NCBI GenBank assembly: GCA_030390025.1 | Contig: CM059432.1 | Location: forward strand, 151,034,001 to 151,098,000 | Length of the DNA stretch: 64,000 nucleotides | DNA from: Squalus acanthias | Taxonomy: Eukaryota | Reading direction: 5' to 3' | Part shown: positions 12,310 to 25,100 of the stretch, one piece after another | Numbering within the stretch: position 1 is the first letter of the stretch | Layout: each line of letters opens with the position of its first letter | Translations under genes and position numbers: made by a program | Notes under the pieces: generated by a model | Seen by the model: the letters and a program-made list of their open reading frames with translations, nothing else | What the model was told of the DNA's origin: nothing | The model's database searches: none

Positions 12310-14938
12310 GGGCTGGATTTTACTAGCCGAGGAGGCGGGTTTGGAGGCGCGAGAGTTGTTAAAATCACCAAAAATGGCAGACATTCGATCCCAACTCCGA
12401 GCAATTTTCCCAAATGTGTGTTTTTTGACCCCCTTTCCATCCCGCCGCCAAGAGGGGGGATAGGCCCTTAACAACCACTTAATTGCCTCTATAATCCCAT
12501 TTTGAGGGGCCTTTCTGATTTTTAGACATTCCCCCCATCCTACACGCCTCCTCTGGAACACGCCAGGTAATGCTGGCGGCCTCACAAGTGGATTGCTTAC
12601 TAACAGCTGCAGCTCCACCATTACAAAGGAGTTTTCACCAGTGATCATTTGCAGGTGGCAGAACTTTGTTGTTTCAGGTCTGGGGGAACTTTTAGCAGGC
12701 ATACTCAGTGCTGTGGAAGTTTAGAGCCTGACACCCATCTGCAGTGTGACCTCCTGGGAAACCCCTCTCCCCACCTTGACTGAGCGCTTCCTCAACTGAG
12801 GTATATACCAGAAGCATGGCGACCATTTAATTCCTTTCCTCCTGGACATCAGATTCGGTTGAAGACCAGATGCGGCAGCAGCAAAACCATGAGCAACAGC
12901 AGGAGCATCAACAGCAGGAGCATCAACAAGAGCGCCAAGCTGCTAGTCACCCACCTGAAGATGCACAGGCCAGAAGGCGCCAGCGCGCGACAACATTGCT
13001 GCCCAGGATGCAAGGGACGCACTCATCCTGGCCAGATTTGCTTAGCCTGCACAATCAAACTTTAGTCTCGCTCCTTCTTACCAGAGCATCGACAATGGAC
13101 AAGAACCTGCGGAATCCTATCACTCTGACCATCATTCTGACAATCGCAAGGCGCCCTAAGCCCTCAATGTGAAAGTCCCATTTGCGAAATGACAGGCCAC
13201 AACTTCAACAGTTTGTCATCAAAACACTATAATACAATCACAATGATGGCTGGTCCAAAAACAAAATATCACAGCACCCAAGTGACTACCCTTGTGACTA
13301 CTTGTGCTTTATATTCCTCTTACGGGTGCTCCTACGTGGTGCTTCCCCTGTGGCTTCAGCAGATGTGGAGGCTCCTTGCTCACTCTCTTAATGCTCCTGT
13401 CTTGACGCCTTTGGTGGGCGTCCTCTGGGGGTGGCGAACCTGTGCGGACTCGCCAACAGTCTGCTGCTCCTGCAGCTGTGCAGGGGCTGAGATGCCCATC
13501 TCAGTTGGGTGAGGACTCTGGTGGGGCTCTGACTGAGGGCTTTGCTGTGGCATGGTCGTGTGAGCGCTTGGAGAGGAGACCCCACTTCCTTGTTGTCTGT
13601 CCCCAACATCCTACTCATCGGTCAGCTCCACTTCAGATCTATCTCGCGAAGGTCCCACCGAGGTGTGAGTGTCTGCGCTGGGTGCGCTGAATTCTGCTGA
13701 CGCTGCGCCCTCAGAGGTTGCAGCTTCCTCTGAGGAGTCTGGAGGCTCAGGCTGTTCCTGCTGGATAGTGGGGACGGGGGCTTTTGATGGTCCTGTGGAG
13801 GAGTAAAGGAAAGAGTTAGAGATGAGGCCAAGGTTACATGCACATTGAATATTGCAGATGATCATAAGTCAATCTGTTAGAGCATCAGAATCATTATCAG
13901 TGACTCATGCTATGTCAATGAGAGATTTTCCAAACTATTCTGTCACCAGCTTGCTGTGATGCGTCTGCGTGTCCGTCCCCCACTTGGGAATCCTCCTCGA
14001 TCCCAGCAATTTCCAGGGCCGCCTCCTCCCAGGGGTTGAGCTGGGCTACTGAGGGTGGCCCTCCTCCTGTCATGGCTCTTTCCCTCTTATTGTGGGCTCT
14101 CTTTTCCTGCAATGAGGGACACAAGTGGAGTTTGAGTGAGAATGAAGGAGAGAGTGTAGAGAATCCATAGCATAGATGCTTAGAAGGATACAAAGGACCC
14201 TCCCTGTGTGTGGTAAGTTGTTGTTGTCATGGCATCACAGTGATAGGGAGTGTGAGGGCTGCATGGTCGAATAGTTAAGTGAATATGACCATAGAGAGAG
14301 AGGGAATGGGTAAGGGTGCAGGGATGTAAGTGTCAAGTGGGATGTGGAGGAAGAGGTTGGCAAAGCAGAGTGCTGGTGAGGAGAGGCGATGGGGATCAGA
14401 TTGAGGGTGATGGGAAAGTCATACTCACTTTTCCTGTGCAGAGAAGGTCATGAAACCTCTTCCTGCATTGCAGCCAGGTTCTGCGGCTCATTGAAATGGA
14501 GTTGACCTCCTGGGCCACTTGTAGCTTTTGTCTGCTGGGGTGGCTTTTTTCTCCGAGGAAGGGAACAGCACCTTCTTATTACAGCTGGCTCCGTGCACCA
14601 GAGCTTGGAGGGAGGGCTCATCAAACTGAGGTGCACACTTTTGCTTCATTGTTGACATTTTCCACAATTCAACTCCTTCAGATAAATTGCAGAGCCTTTG
14701 CAGTCTCCAGAAGAATCAAGGCTGCTTGCAGGCCTTAAATCCAACAGCTTTGATGACATCATCGGAGGTGACTTTCTGTATGAAAAGACTCATTGGGCCA
14801 GGGGTTCCCACACGCAGGAAATCAATTGCCCAATTAGGAGAAAATCCCACTTTTTCAACACATCACTTAGGAGTCAGGGTCCTGACAAGATTTCCACTTG
14901 ACACGCTCCTGCCCGCCCACACTGACAAAATCCAGCCC
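12310..14938. mobile_element. Internally deleted PIF/Harbinger transposon
   Basis: Perfect 12-bp TIR GGGCTGGATTTT, TSD TTT; Q/H-rich probable transposase N-terminus remnant (~12820-13070, +) and Myb-like gene remnant (-). Confidence 0.9.
13320..14650 (-). pseudogene. Harbinger Myb/SANT-like DNA-binding protein gene, decayed, 3 exons
   Basis: Exon 1 carries WLQCRKRFHDL and ends at 14429 (GTGAGT donor); exon 2 14106-13947 EKRAHNKRERAMTGGGPP (phase 0 to 1); exon 3 from 13792. Confidence 0.75.
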
Positions 14939-15394
14939 TTTGTGTCCTCCTCACATCTTACTTTTCCACCTAGCTTTGTATCGTCAGCAAACTTGGATAC
15001 ATTGCACTCGGTCCCTCCATCTAAGTCATTGATATAGATTGTAAATAACTGAGGCCCCAACACTGATCCTTGCAGCACCCCACTAGTTACAGCCCGCCAA
15101 TCTGAAAATGACCCGTTTATCCCTACTCTCTGTTTTCTGTCTGTTAACCAATCCTCTATCCATGCTAATACCTTACCCCCAACCCCATGTGCCCTTATCT
15201 TGTGTAACAACCTTTTATGTGGCACCTTATCAAATGTCTATGACATGACTCCATAAAGCTCAGTGATGTAGCAACACCATCAGGCTTTCTGTGACTCAAA
15301 ACTGTGACTTGTTTCATCTGACATTGCTGTAAATATTGAGTTTGTATGTTACCCCTCACACAACAGCTAAGTGAGATCTCAATGGAGTAGGCGG

Positions 15395-15720
15395 AATTAC
15401 ATTGAATTTACAGCACAGAAACAGGTTATTCAGCCTAACAGATCTATGCCGGTGTTTATGCTCCACATGAGTCTCCTCCCCTCTTAATTCATCTCACCAT
15501 ATCCTTTCATTCCTTTCTCTTTCGTGTATTCAAGGGCAAGCTAGATAAGTACATCTGTGCTAGTTGCCTCAACCACTCCCTGTGGCAGCGAGTTCCACAT
15601 TCGCACCACTGAGTGAAGTTTCTCCTGAATTCCTTATTGGATTTATTACTAACTATCTTATATTTATGGCCCCTAGTTTTGGGCACCCCCACAAGTGGAA
15701 ACATCTTCTCTACATCTACT
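15395..15720 (-). mobile_element. CR1 3' fragment
   Basis: VDVEKMFPLVG..TRGHKYKIV..KSNKEFRRNF; same type as 32709-33010. Confidence 0.75.
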
Positions 15721-15989
15721 CTGATATGGTTCATGTCCTCATTCTATTCAGAACAGAAAAGTTCCTCAGCAGATGAATGTACCTGCATAAATCTTATGCG
15801 TACAACTCAATACATTAGCAAACACCCCAGTTGCGATGCCAACAGCAAGATTACAAATTTAGTGTTAATTTGTCCTGGATGCATGCCCACATTTAATTTT
15901 TTAATGTTGTACAAATTTAGACACTGAATGGAGATCATTGGGAGGAAGATTCCCTGCGAGCATAAAGAAAGGGAGCAGCAGGCCCATGA

Positions 15990-16462
15990 ATAGAAGAGGA
16001 GACCAGCAAGCTCATTAAATGAGTCGGGACCAGCAGGCCTGTGATGGTGAGAAGAGACCAGAAAACCCATCAAGACTCACCCTATCCATCAGAAGGTGTA
16101 ACCTCGCACACCATTCTCTTCCATCGCCAGGAACGTGAACGCCTGGGGAAGCCAAACAAACAGATACCCATGGCCAATTTCAGGGAAAACTCTGGGAAAT
16201 TCCTCCCTAACTTCATAAGGTAATCAAGGAAGTACCAGGAGACCATGATAAACAGTGACGTAAATTAACACCCCACTAGCCCACATGTCTCATCCATCGG
16301 ATTAATCCCAGAGGCCACAGACGTCTGATCTCACTTTAATCCCGATACCCCTCCAGAGCCCTTTCTGCCAAAAGAACAACCATCATCCTCTTAAAGTTTA
16401 TCCCATCCTCCTCTTCTGCTGCCTCCCTGAGGAGGGCACTTCACACATATATGACCCTGTGT
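15990..16462 (-). mobile_element. Old CR1-like 3' end remnant
   Basis: THRVIYV*SALP resembles TQRVVNLWNSLP, followed by UTR-like sequence; heavily diverged. Confidence 0.35.
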
Positions 16463-17001
16463 GCTAGTAATAGCAAAATCATAAAAATATTTATAAAAAC
16501 ACAATTATGGATATGCTACAAATAATAAACATGGAAAATCCCCACCCCACAGCTGATTTACAGGTTTGTTCCCAGTTTTCTTTTACATTACAGAATCTTA
16601 ACCATCAGGCAATGGTTGCAAACACTAAGGGGGAAAAATTCAGTTGGTTGCACCTCCCGTTAGCGCCTTAAGAGGGCGCTAATGGGGCGCAAAGCCGCTA
16701 GCGCCCGGGTGCAGCGATGTTTGCGCCGCTCGGGAACTTAACTAGACATTGTGCGGCGGCGCTAAACTTTACCGCTGCGACCACCTGTGCGCGCAGATTG
16801 TGATGTCATTCCATGGTGCAACGCCCTTGTGGCGCCCCGGAGCGGAAATTGAGTGGCGCCCCCTGCCTTACCGCCTGGCGCATCCAACGACCGGAAGAAT
16901 GGAACGCTATCAATCGCTGTGGGGGAGGGGGGGGGGCGCGCTATTTAAAGGGGGCCTCTTCCTGTCTTTTTCTGTGGTTGACATTTTTGCACCACTCGTT
17001 C

Positions 17002-17002
<1 letters not shown>

Positions 17003-17080
<78 letters not shown>
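17003..17080 (+). repeat. (GAGAGT)13 microsatellite
   Basis: 13 perfect hexamer units directly visible. Confidence 0.98.
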
Positions 17081-17083
<3 letters not shown>

Positions 17084-17185
17084 TTCTGCATTGAGTCAAC
17101 GCTTTGAGGGGTAGTTTTGCCTACTGATCCTAACTTCGCTGGTACTTTGGTTGCTGTCCTTCATAACTTTGATTGCAAAGAGACT

Positions 17186-18344
17186 ATGGGTGCTGCACTG
17201 AATGGGGGCGTCGTCCTGCTCCAGCTGAATCGGAGGACACAGAGACGCAGAGAGAGAGTGGCAATGATGGCCAGACGGAGGAGGGCCAACAGACGTCTGT
17301 ACAGGAGAGCTTACCCTCCCAGGGTATATCGTGAACAGCTCTCCTACATTCATTTGTCTGAGGAGCTGTGTTTGCGAAGGCTGCGATTCAGCAAGGAGGT
17401 GGTCACTGAGCTCTGCCACCTGCTGCAGCCAGATCTGCAGCCTCAACTGAGGTCCAGGACGTCTCTGTCGGTGGCAGTGAAGGTCACAGTGGCTTTGAAC
17501 TTTTACGCTACTGGCTCATTTCAAGCTGCTGCTGGGGACCTCGCCAATATCTCCCAGTTCGCGGTGCATTGCTGCATCCGGCAGGTCACAAATGCCCTCT
17601 TTAAAAGGAGACGAGAGTTCATCTCTTTCCCCATGACCCCAGACAAGCAGCATGACCGCGCTCTGGGCTTTGCGAGGATAGCGGGCTTCCCCATGGTGCA
17701 GGGCGCCCTTGACTGCACGCATGTGGCTTTGCGTGCGCCACATGAGAATGCCGAGGATTTCCGGAACAGAAAGGGGTTCCATTCCTTGAATGTTCAGTTG
17801 GTCTGTGACCACAGACAGCTGATACTCGCTGTCAATGCCCACTATCCTGGCAGCTGCCACGATGCTTTCATCCTGCGCCAGACTACTGTGGCAGAACTTT
17901 GAGGCACCGCATCAGCCAATTGGTTGGCTTCTCGGGGACAAGGGGTATCCATTGAGCACCTGGCTGATGACACCGCTCCGTACGCCCAACACCCCTGCTG
18001 AGCTGCAGTACAACGAGAGCCATCAAGCTACCAGGAACATCATTGAGCGCACAATCGGCGTGCTGAAGCAACGGTTCCACTGTCTCAACCATTCTGGAGG
18101 AGCCCTGCAGTACTCGCCTGAGCGAGTATCAAACTTCGTAGTTGTGTGCTGCATGTTGCATAACATGGCAATCGTCAGGACCCAGCCAATGCCACCAGGC
18201 CTTGGAGCACCACCAGAGGAGGAGGAGGAAGAGGAGGAAGAGGACGAGGAGGATGATCATCAGCAGCACCAAGGCGGGAGGGCGGCCCACAATGGTGAAA
18301 CTGCAAGGGCCGTCTGTCAACGGCTGATAGCAAGCCGCTTCTAG
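17186..18344 (+). pseudogene. Harbinger (HARBI1-family) DDE transposase with one frameshift
   Basis: [61 protein letters not shown]; frameshift near 17897-17900. Confidence 0.93.
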
Positions 18345-18643
18345 GGCCCCTGCTGTGGAAATGGCTTCTGCCATTGCTAACAACATCAATGAACCCAGCA
18401 CGCAACCCCTAAGCCGGCCAAGGCACCAATGATTCCAAACATGTATATTTTGAATACAAAAACTTATTTATTTTACAAACTCTGTGTCATTTCCTCATGA
18501 CAAACTCATAGAAATAAACACAAAAAAAGTCATTAACATAACTGGCTCTCACAACCTGGAGCTAATGTCCAAAACACTAGACAAAAGTTGGACCACGAAC
18601 CTCGGCCTTTAATAAAAAAAGGACCAGCATTTTGTCACACCTC

Positions 18644-20464
18644 CTACTTTTTGCCCTTCGAGGGTGATCTCCTTCCCTTGCGCACTTCCCCCCTTCTAAC
18701 CCTACTGCTCCTCCGTAATGGGAGCTCAGTGGCTGCAGCAAGGCTGGTGGAAGGCTGCTGATTGTCAGACCCTGACACTGCAGATGCCCCTGAAGGACGG
18801 CCTCGACCAGTTCTGGGCCTGGAGGGCCCGGCTGCAGACTGCACCAACTCTGCATGGGCGGCAGCAGTCTGTCCTACAGGCGGTGGCAAGTGCAGTGGAG
18901 AAGTGACAGTGTTGGCAGCAGGAATGCTGTCATCGAGAGAGAGAGGACAGCAACTCCCTGCTCGACCGACACACTGGCACTCCCACGGGGCAGCACTTCA
19001 GCATCCGGAGCAATCCGCTGGAGCACAGATTGCTGGCCTGCTGTGGCGCGGTGAGAGCCCCGGGGACATGTGAACGAACCATCGAGGTTGGCAGCAGTCA
19101 GTGCTCGCGTGGCCTCAATCTGAGTCTGCATGAGAGCAGTCAGAGATGGGATCACGGCAGTCAGTGACTGAATTGCAGCACTAAGCTTTAGTGTGGCATC
19201 CGCCTGTGCTACAGCGAAGTGCTCCACACTCCTTGCCAGTGACTCAGTGCATTCGGGCACCCTTCCCACTGCACCCATGAGCTCAGTGTGCATGCCCACC
19301 ACCTGGGTGTTCATTTCTGCGATCAGCCGCTCCTCCTCTGCGTCCATTGCAGTAGGAGTCGCTGGCATACTCTCCCTCTGGGGAGAAGGCCCCGTTCTTC
19401 CCTACCCCCATGGAGTTGCTGCAGCCCGCTGGGTCCTGGAGCTTCACCCTCATCAGACCCTTCCCCCCTGCTCCCCTCCAGGGAAGGCGTGTTCCCAGTG
19501 TGGGCATGGGCTTCCTCGGGAGAGGGTGGCACTGATGCTCCGGCTTCCTCTTCCTCCTCGGCTGCAGCTTCACTCCCAGTGGCAGCTTCAGGGCCCGTCT
19601 CCTCAGCTGGTGAATCACCATCTGAAAGCAGGGAGGTACAAGAGTGGCTTTAGCGTGAGGACAGGGTGGCAGTAAGGGAGGAATAAGTGCAGCGAGTTAG
19701 CAAGTTGGATTGAAAGTGTCAAAGGCTGGTGTTGTGAGGGACAAGTGGAAGGACAGAGGACAAAAAGGTGATGACCTTACCATTGCTGTCCAGAACGGGG
19801 TCGGCGTCTCCAGTGGCGACGGGACCGATCACCCGGCTTGCCACAATCCTGTGGACGCGCTCCTCAAGATCGCGGAGGGGTTGCAGCTGAGGCCGCCCTC
19901 CACCTGTCCGTTGCTGCTGTCTCCTATTATGCGCCAGCTTGGCCTGCAAGAAAAAGGACAGCATCTGAGTAAATATACAGCCATGGTCTTGCCTGATGTG
20001 CCTCCCATAGGTGAATAGCCCTTACTGTATGCAGCCATGGTCTTGCCTGATGTGCCTCCCATAGGTGAATAGCCCTTACTGTATGCAAAGTGTGGAATGT
20101 GTGTGTGTGTTTCATGAAAGGGCCATAGGTGTTGGATGAGTGTTGTGCATTGGGGTTTTAAGACCCTCTGGCCATAGAGTGAGGTTGAGATGGAGGGATG
20201 GAGAGGTATTGAGAAAAAGCCACTCACCCTGACGACCCGAGTGAGGTCGTTGAACTTTTTGCGGCATTGAACATGGGTCCTGGGCACCATGCTCCTGGAG
20301 GAGACGCGCTGAGCCACCTCCCTCCACACTCTTCTGTACTCGCGTGGCAAAGGCCTCCTGCCACTCTCAGGGAAGAGTATAGATCTTCTGCGCTCCACCG
20401 CGCCAACCAGAGCATCCAAGGCCCGCTCGGTGAAGCGCTGAGCTCGTTCTCTCACCCTCTCCAT
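18644..20464 (-). pseudogene. Harbinger Myb/SANT-like protein, 3 exons, frameshifted in exon 3
   Basis: Exon 1 20464-20228 (79 codons; RFTERAL...W..VA...QCRKKFNDL); exon 2 19943-19781; exon 3 from 19621; all GT-AG and phase-compatible; basic C-terminus ends at 18644. Confidence 0.85.
19978..20085. repeat. Perfect 54-bp tandem duplication in Myb intron 1
   Basis: CAGCCATGGTCTTGCC...CTTACTGTATG twice. Confidence 0.95.
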
Positions 20465-20825
20465 CCTTGGCAGCAAAATGGATTCACAGGTCTCTCCAGG
20501 CCGAGATTCAAGGCTGCAATGAGCAGGGTGTGGCTGGGGAGCAAGTTGGCCCCCCCGCTTTAAGAACTGGCCGGCACCAGTGTGTCTGTGTTCCCTCGCT
20601 AACTGGCAGCACCTGCGCTGCGCTCGCGCGCTGAGTTAGCGCCTCACTGCTCGGCCTTTGCGCCTTAAGACAGGTGTGCAGCGCCTGATTTAGCGCGCCA
20701 CTCACCTCCCGGGGCGGTAAAAGTGAAGTTACCAGTCAGTGGCGATAATTAGCGCCAGGCGCTAATTTTTGTGTCCAGACGATATTTGCGCCCCAAACGG
20801 GGCGCGACCTAATTTTTCCCCCTAA

Positions 20826-21210
20826 CTGTTCGCAAACTGGCAGTTTGCGGGTAGAAGACAGCCCACCTCCTCTCCACTGCGAATACCAGTGCCTCCAGAG
20901 CTTCATCGGAGAGCCTCCGGGCTCTCTCCCCAAGGCGACAACCTGGTATCAGGATTTGCACAGAACTCTTCCTCGTCCTTCACTTTCTTCTTCTGGTAGT
21001 TGTGGCAGCTGCCAACAAGTAGCAAACCACAGTGCTGGCCGTCACACAGTCGGCTATCTCCTGCCAGAGCCTTCGAGCTGTGTGTGGCGAAGGCTTCCAA
21101 CCAGTCTGCGGGAAGAGGACAGCCCACCTCCTCTCCACAGCCACCACCACTGGCTCAAGAGCCGCATCTGAGAATCTGCGGGCTCTCTCCCCGTGCTGTG
21201 GCTCAGCCAT
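20826..21210 (-). pseudogene. Older Harbinger Myb exon-1 relic with duplicated N-terminal segment
   Basis: MAEPQHGERARRFSDAALE...VERRWAVLFPQT, then in frame after one TGA GERARRLSDEALE...VERRWAVFYPQT. Confidence 0.75.
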
Positions 21211-22014
21211 CTACTTCCACTGCCGTCTGCTTCCAGGTGAAGTTGGCACTGGATTGACAATGAGGTGCTGCAGCATCAATGCACCGCCCCTTTAAGTAGT
21301 GTAAAAAGCCTGACTGTGAATTAGACTGGCCCCAATATTGGTCCACCTGTTAAGCATTAAGCCAATGAGCATCAGTTTTAGCACTGAGATCAAGACTACA
21401 ATCATGTTAATGAAGAGTGAGCATGAATTTTGCGTGCTACCTAGACCATTTTCAGGTGACGCAGCTTAACATCGTTTGGCCTTAGCATTCACAGTTTTGT
21501 GGCTATATCCAATGTTTAGCCCGTAAAGTTTATGTTGTCTTCCCTACAATGAGTTTTATTTTCAGGAAAAAAATATTTTCGGCTTGAAAAGTAGAATTAC
21601 AGTGGACTCCAAAATGTCGGAAAATGCAACAAATCAATGTTAAAACTCAAAACTTTTGATGAAAATTCCCCCAGGCCCTGCTAGAGAATAAATATCCTGG
21701 TGTCAGCACTCACATCCCCCTTCAGTCATTTCCAAATCCATTGCTACAAATGGCTCTTTTGTGCACTTTTTCTCCCCCTGTAATAAAAGTCTGGTATAAT
21801 TGGAGCTTAAGTTTTGACCAGCCAATGTCACACTGCATTCTCAGTCTAATTTTATGTCTTCACATGTCGCAAGGCTTATATTCAGCTCTGTTTCTTTGAG
21901 CCGTCAGCTTTCTTGGGGCTGTGCCGGCTATTTGATAATTTTCTCGGTTGGTTTGTTTGAAACTTTCAAAAACACATGTTCCATCCATATATTTTGACAA
22001 AGTTTATTTTACAG

Positions 22015-22150
22015 ATAGAACTCGCATTTACATAGCACCTTTTATGACCTCAAGACATCACAAAGCACTTCACAGCCAGTCAAGTACTTTGAAATGTTGT
22101 AATGCAGGAATAGTACCATGGGACCTTTCACATCTCACTGAGAGGGCGGA
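22015..22150 (-). mobile_element. Deu-type SINE 3' fragment
   Basis: GCATTTACATAGCACCTTTTATGACCTC...AAAGCACTTCACAGCC matches the 3' ends of other copies. Confidence 0.55.
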
Positions 22151-22159
22151 CAAGAGGAA

Positions 22160-25100
22160 CTTAAAGTCATTGAGACCAGTGAGAAAAGGCACTTGAGAAA
22201 CTAATAGCACTAAAAGCCAACAAATCCCCATCATCCTAGAATTCTAAAAGAGGTGGCTGCAGAGATAGTGGATGCATTGGTTGTGATCTTCCAAAATTCC
22301 TGAGACTTTAGAACGGTGTCAGCTAATTGGAAGGTAGCAAATGTAACCCCACTATTCAAGAAAGGAGTGAGAGAGAAAACTGGGAACCACAGAGCAGTTA
22401 GCCTGACATCAGTTGTAGGGAAAATGCTGGAATCCATTATTCAGGGGAACGGTAGCATCGTGGTATTGTCATTGGGCTAGTAATCCAAAGGACTTAATGA
22501 TCCAGAGACGTGAGTTCAAATCCCACCACGGCAGCTGGGGAATTTAAATTCAGTTAATTAAATAAATCTGGAATAAAAAGCTAGTATCAGTAATGGTAAC
22601 TATGAAACATAATAAGAACAGCACACCTGGCCCAGTCAACGCTGCAAAGTCCTCCTCACCAACATCTGGGGACTTGTGCCAAAATTGGGAGAGCTGTCCC
22701 ACAGTCTATTCAAGCAACAGCCTGACATAGTCATACTCACAGAATCCCACTGGCAGGACAAACCCACCAGGGGTGGTGGCACAGTGGTATACAGTCGGGA
22801 AGGAGTGGCCCTGGGAGTCCTCAACATTGACTCCGGATCTCATGGTCAAACATGGGCAAGGAAACCGCCTACTGCCCTACCCAGTACTCCTCCATGTTGA
22901 ACACCACTTGGAAGAAGTACTGAGGGTAGCAAGGGCACAGAATGTACTCTGGGTGGGGGACTTCAATGTCCATCACCAAGAGTGGCTCGGTAGCACCACA
23001 ACTGACCAAGCTGGCTGAGTCCTGAATGACATAACTGCCAGTCTGGGCCTGCGACAGGTGGTGAGAGAACCAACACGAGGGAAAAACCTCCTTGACCTCC
23101 ATGAGGCGCTGTGGGGTGGCAGCAGCAGCAGAATTGTATTCCACCACAACCTGTAAACTCATGGCCTGGCATATCCCTCACTCTACCATTACCATCAAGC
23201 CAGGGGACCAACCCTGGTTCAATAAGGAGTGTAGGAGCAGCACCAGGCGTACCTAAAAATGAGGTGCCAACCTGGGAAGCTGCAACACAGGACTACATGC
23301 ATGCTAACAAGCAGAAGCAGCATGCTATAGACAGGGCTAGAGCGATCCCACAATCAATGGATCAGATCAAAGTCCTGCCACATCCAGTCGTGAATTGTGG
23401 TGGACCATTTAAACAACTAATGGGAGGAGGAGGAGGCTCCAAGAATATCCCCATCCTCGATGATGGTGGAGCCCAGCACGTGAGTGCAAAAGACAAGGCT
23501 GAAGCATTTGCAGCCAGAAGTGCCGAGTGGAAGATTCATATCGGCCTACTCCTGAGGTCTCCACCATCACAGAAGCCAGTCTTCAGCCAATTCGATTCAT
23601 TCCACATGATATCAAGAAACGGCTGAGCGCACTGGATACAGCAAAGGCTATGGGCCCCGACAACATCCTGGCTGTCGTGCTGAAGACTTGTGCTCCAGAA
23701 CTAGCCGCGCCTCTAGCCAAGCTGTTCAGTACAGCTACAACACTGGTATCTATCCGACAATGTGGAAAACTGCCCAGGTATGTCCTGTCCACAAAAAGCA
23801 GGACAAATCCAATCCAGCCAATTACCGCCCCATCAGTCTACTCTCAATCATCAGCAAAGTAATGGAAGGTGTCATCGACAGTGCTATCAAGCGGTACCTG
23901 CTCACTGATGCCCAGTTTGGGTTCCGCCAAGACCACTCGGCTCCCGACCTCATTACAGCCTATGGACAAAGGAGCTGAATTCCAGAGGTGGGGTGAGAGT
24001 GACTGCCCTTGACATCAAGGCAGCATTTGACCGAGTGTGGCATCAAGGAGCCCTAGTAAAACTGATGGGAATTGGGGGGGAAAACTCTCCACTGGCTGGA
24101 GTCATACCTAGCAAAAAGGAAGATGGTTGTGGTGGTTGAAGGTCAATCATCGCGTCAGGAGTTCCTCAGGGCAGTGTCCTAGGCCCAACCATCTTCAGCT
24201 GCTTCATCAATGACCTTCCCTCCAACATAAGGTCAGAAATGGGGATGTTCGCTGATGACTGCTCAGTGTTCAGCTCCATTCACAACTCCTCAGATAATGA
24301 AGTAGTCCATGCCCGAATGCAACAAGACCTGGATGACGCTTGGGCTGATAAGTGGCAGGTAACATTCGTGCCAGGCAATGACTATCTCCAACAAGCGAGA
24401 GTCTAACCACTGCCCCTTGACATTCAACGGCGTTAACATCACCAAATCATCAAGATCCTGGGGGTCACCATTAACCAGAAACTTAACTGGACCAGCCACA
24501 TAAATACTGTGGCAACAAGAGCAGGTCAGAGGCTAGGTATTCTGCGCAGAATGTCTCACCTCCTGACTCCCCAAAGCCTTTCCACCATCTACAAGGCACA
24601 AGTCAGGAGTGTGATGAATACTCTCCACTTGCCTGGATGAGTGCAGCTCAACAACACTCAAGAAGCTCGACACCATCCAGGACAAAGCAGCCCGCTTGAT
24701 TGGCACCCCATCCACCACCTTAAACATTCACTCACTCCACCACCGGCGTACCGTGGCTGCAGTGTGTACCCTCTACAAGATGCACTGCAGCAACTCGCCA
24801 AGGCTTCTTCGGCAGCACCTCCCAAACCCGCGACCTCTTCCACCTAGAAGGACAAGGGCAACAGGCGCATGGGAACACCACCACCTCCATGTTCCCCTCC
24901 AAGTCACACACCATCCTGACTTAGAAGTATATCGTCGATCCTTCATCGTCGCTGGGTCAAAATCCTGGAACTCCCTCCCTAACAGCACTGTGGGAGCACC
25001 TTCACCACACGGACTGCAGCGGTTCAAGAAGGTGGCTCACCACCACCTTCTCCAGGGGCAATTAGGGATGGGCAATAAATGCTGACCTTGCCAGTGACGC

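Larger units (their letters stand above)
11432..15237 (-). mobile_element. CR1, 5'-truncated, split by a Harbinger
   Basis: RT (14939-15237) and C-terminus/tail (11432-12309) join exactly at GCAGACTC-TTT-GTGTCC. Confidence 0.9.
16629..20822 (+). mobile_element. Near-intact full-length PIF/Harbinger transposon (4194 bp)
   Basis: Perfect 12-bp TIR GGGGGAAAAATT; TSD TAA (16626-16628, 20823-20825); convergent transposase (+) and spliced Myb-like (-) genes. Confidence 0.95.

Noticed and set aside
16749..17114. ORF with an (RV)n tract
   Set aside because: It is the translation of the GAGAGT microsatellite.
17890..17905. RF2-like programmed +1 frameshift (CTT TGA) in the transposase
   Set aside because: The paralogous transposase reads VPPVFEPP against VAEL-EAP, so a residue is missing here; a 2-nt deletion or sequencing error is the simpler explanation.
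22443..22530. Functional tRNA gene (also 37075-37153, 47165-47250, 33800-33876)
   Set aside because: A/B boxes are present but there is no proper cloverleaf or terminator, and each is fused to a retroelement body.
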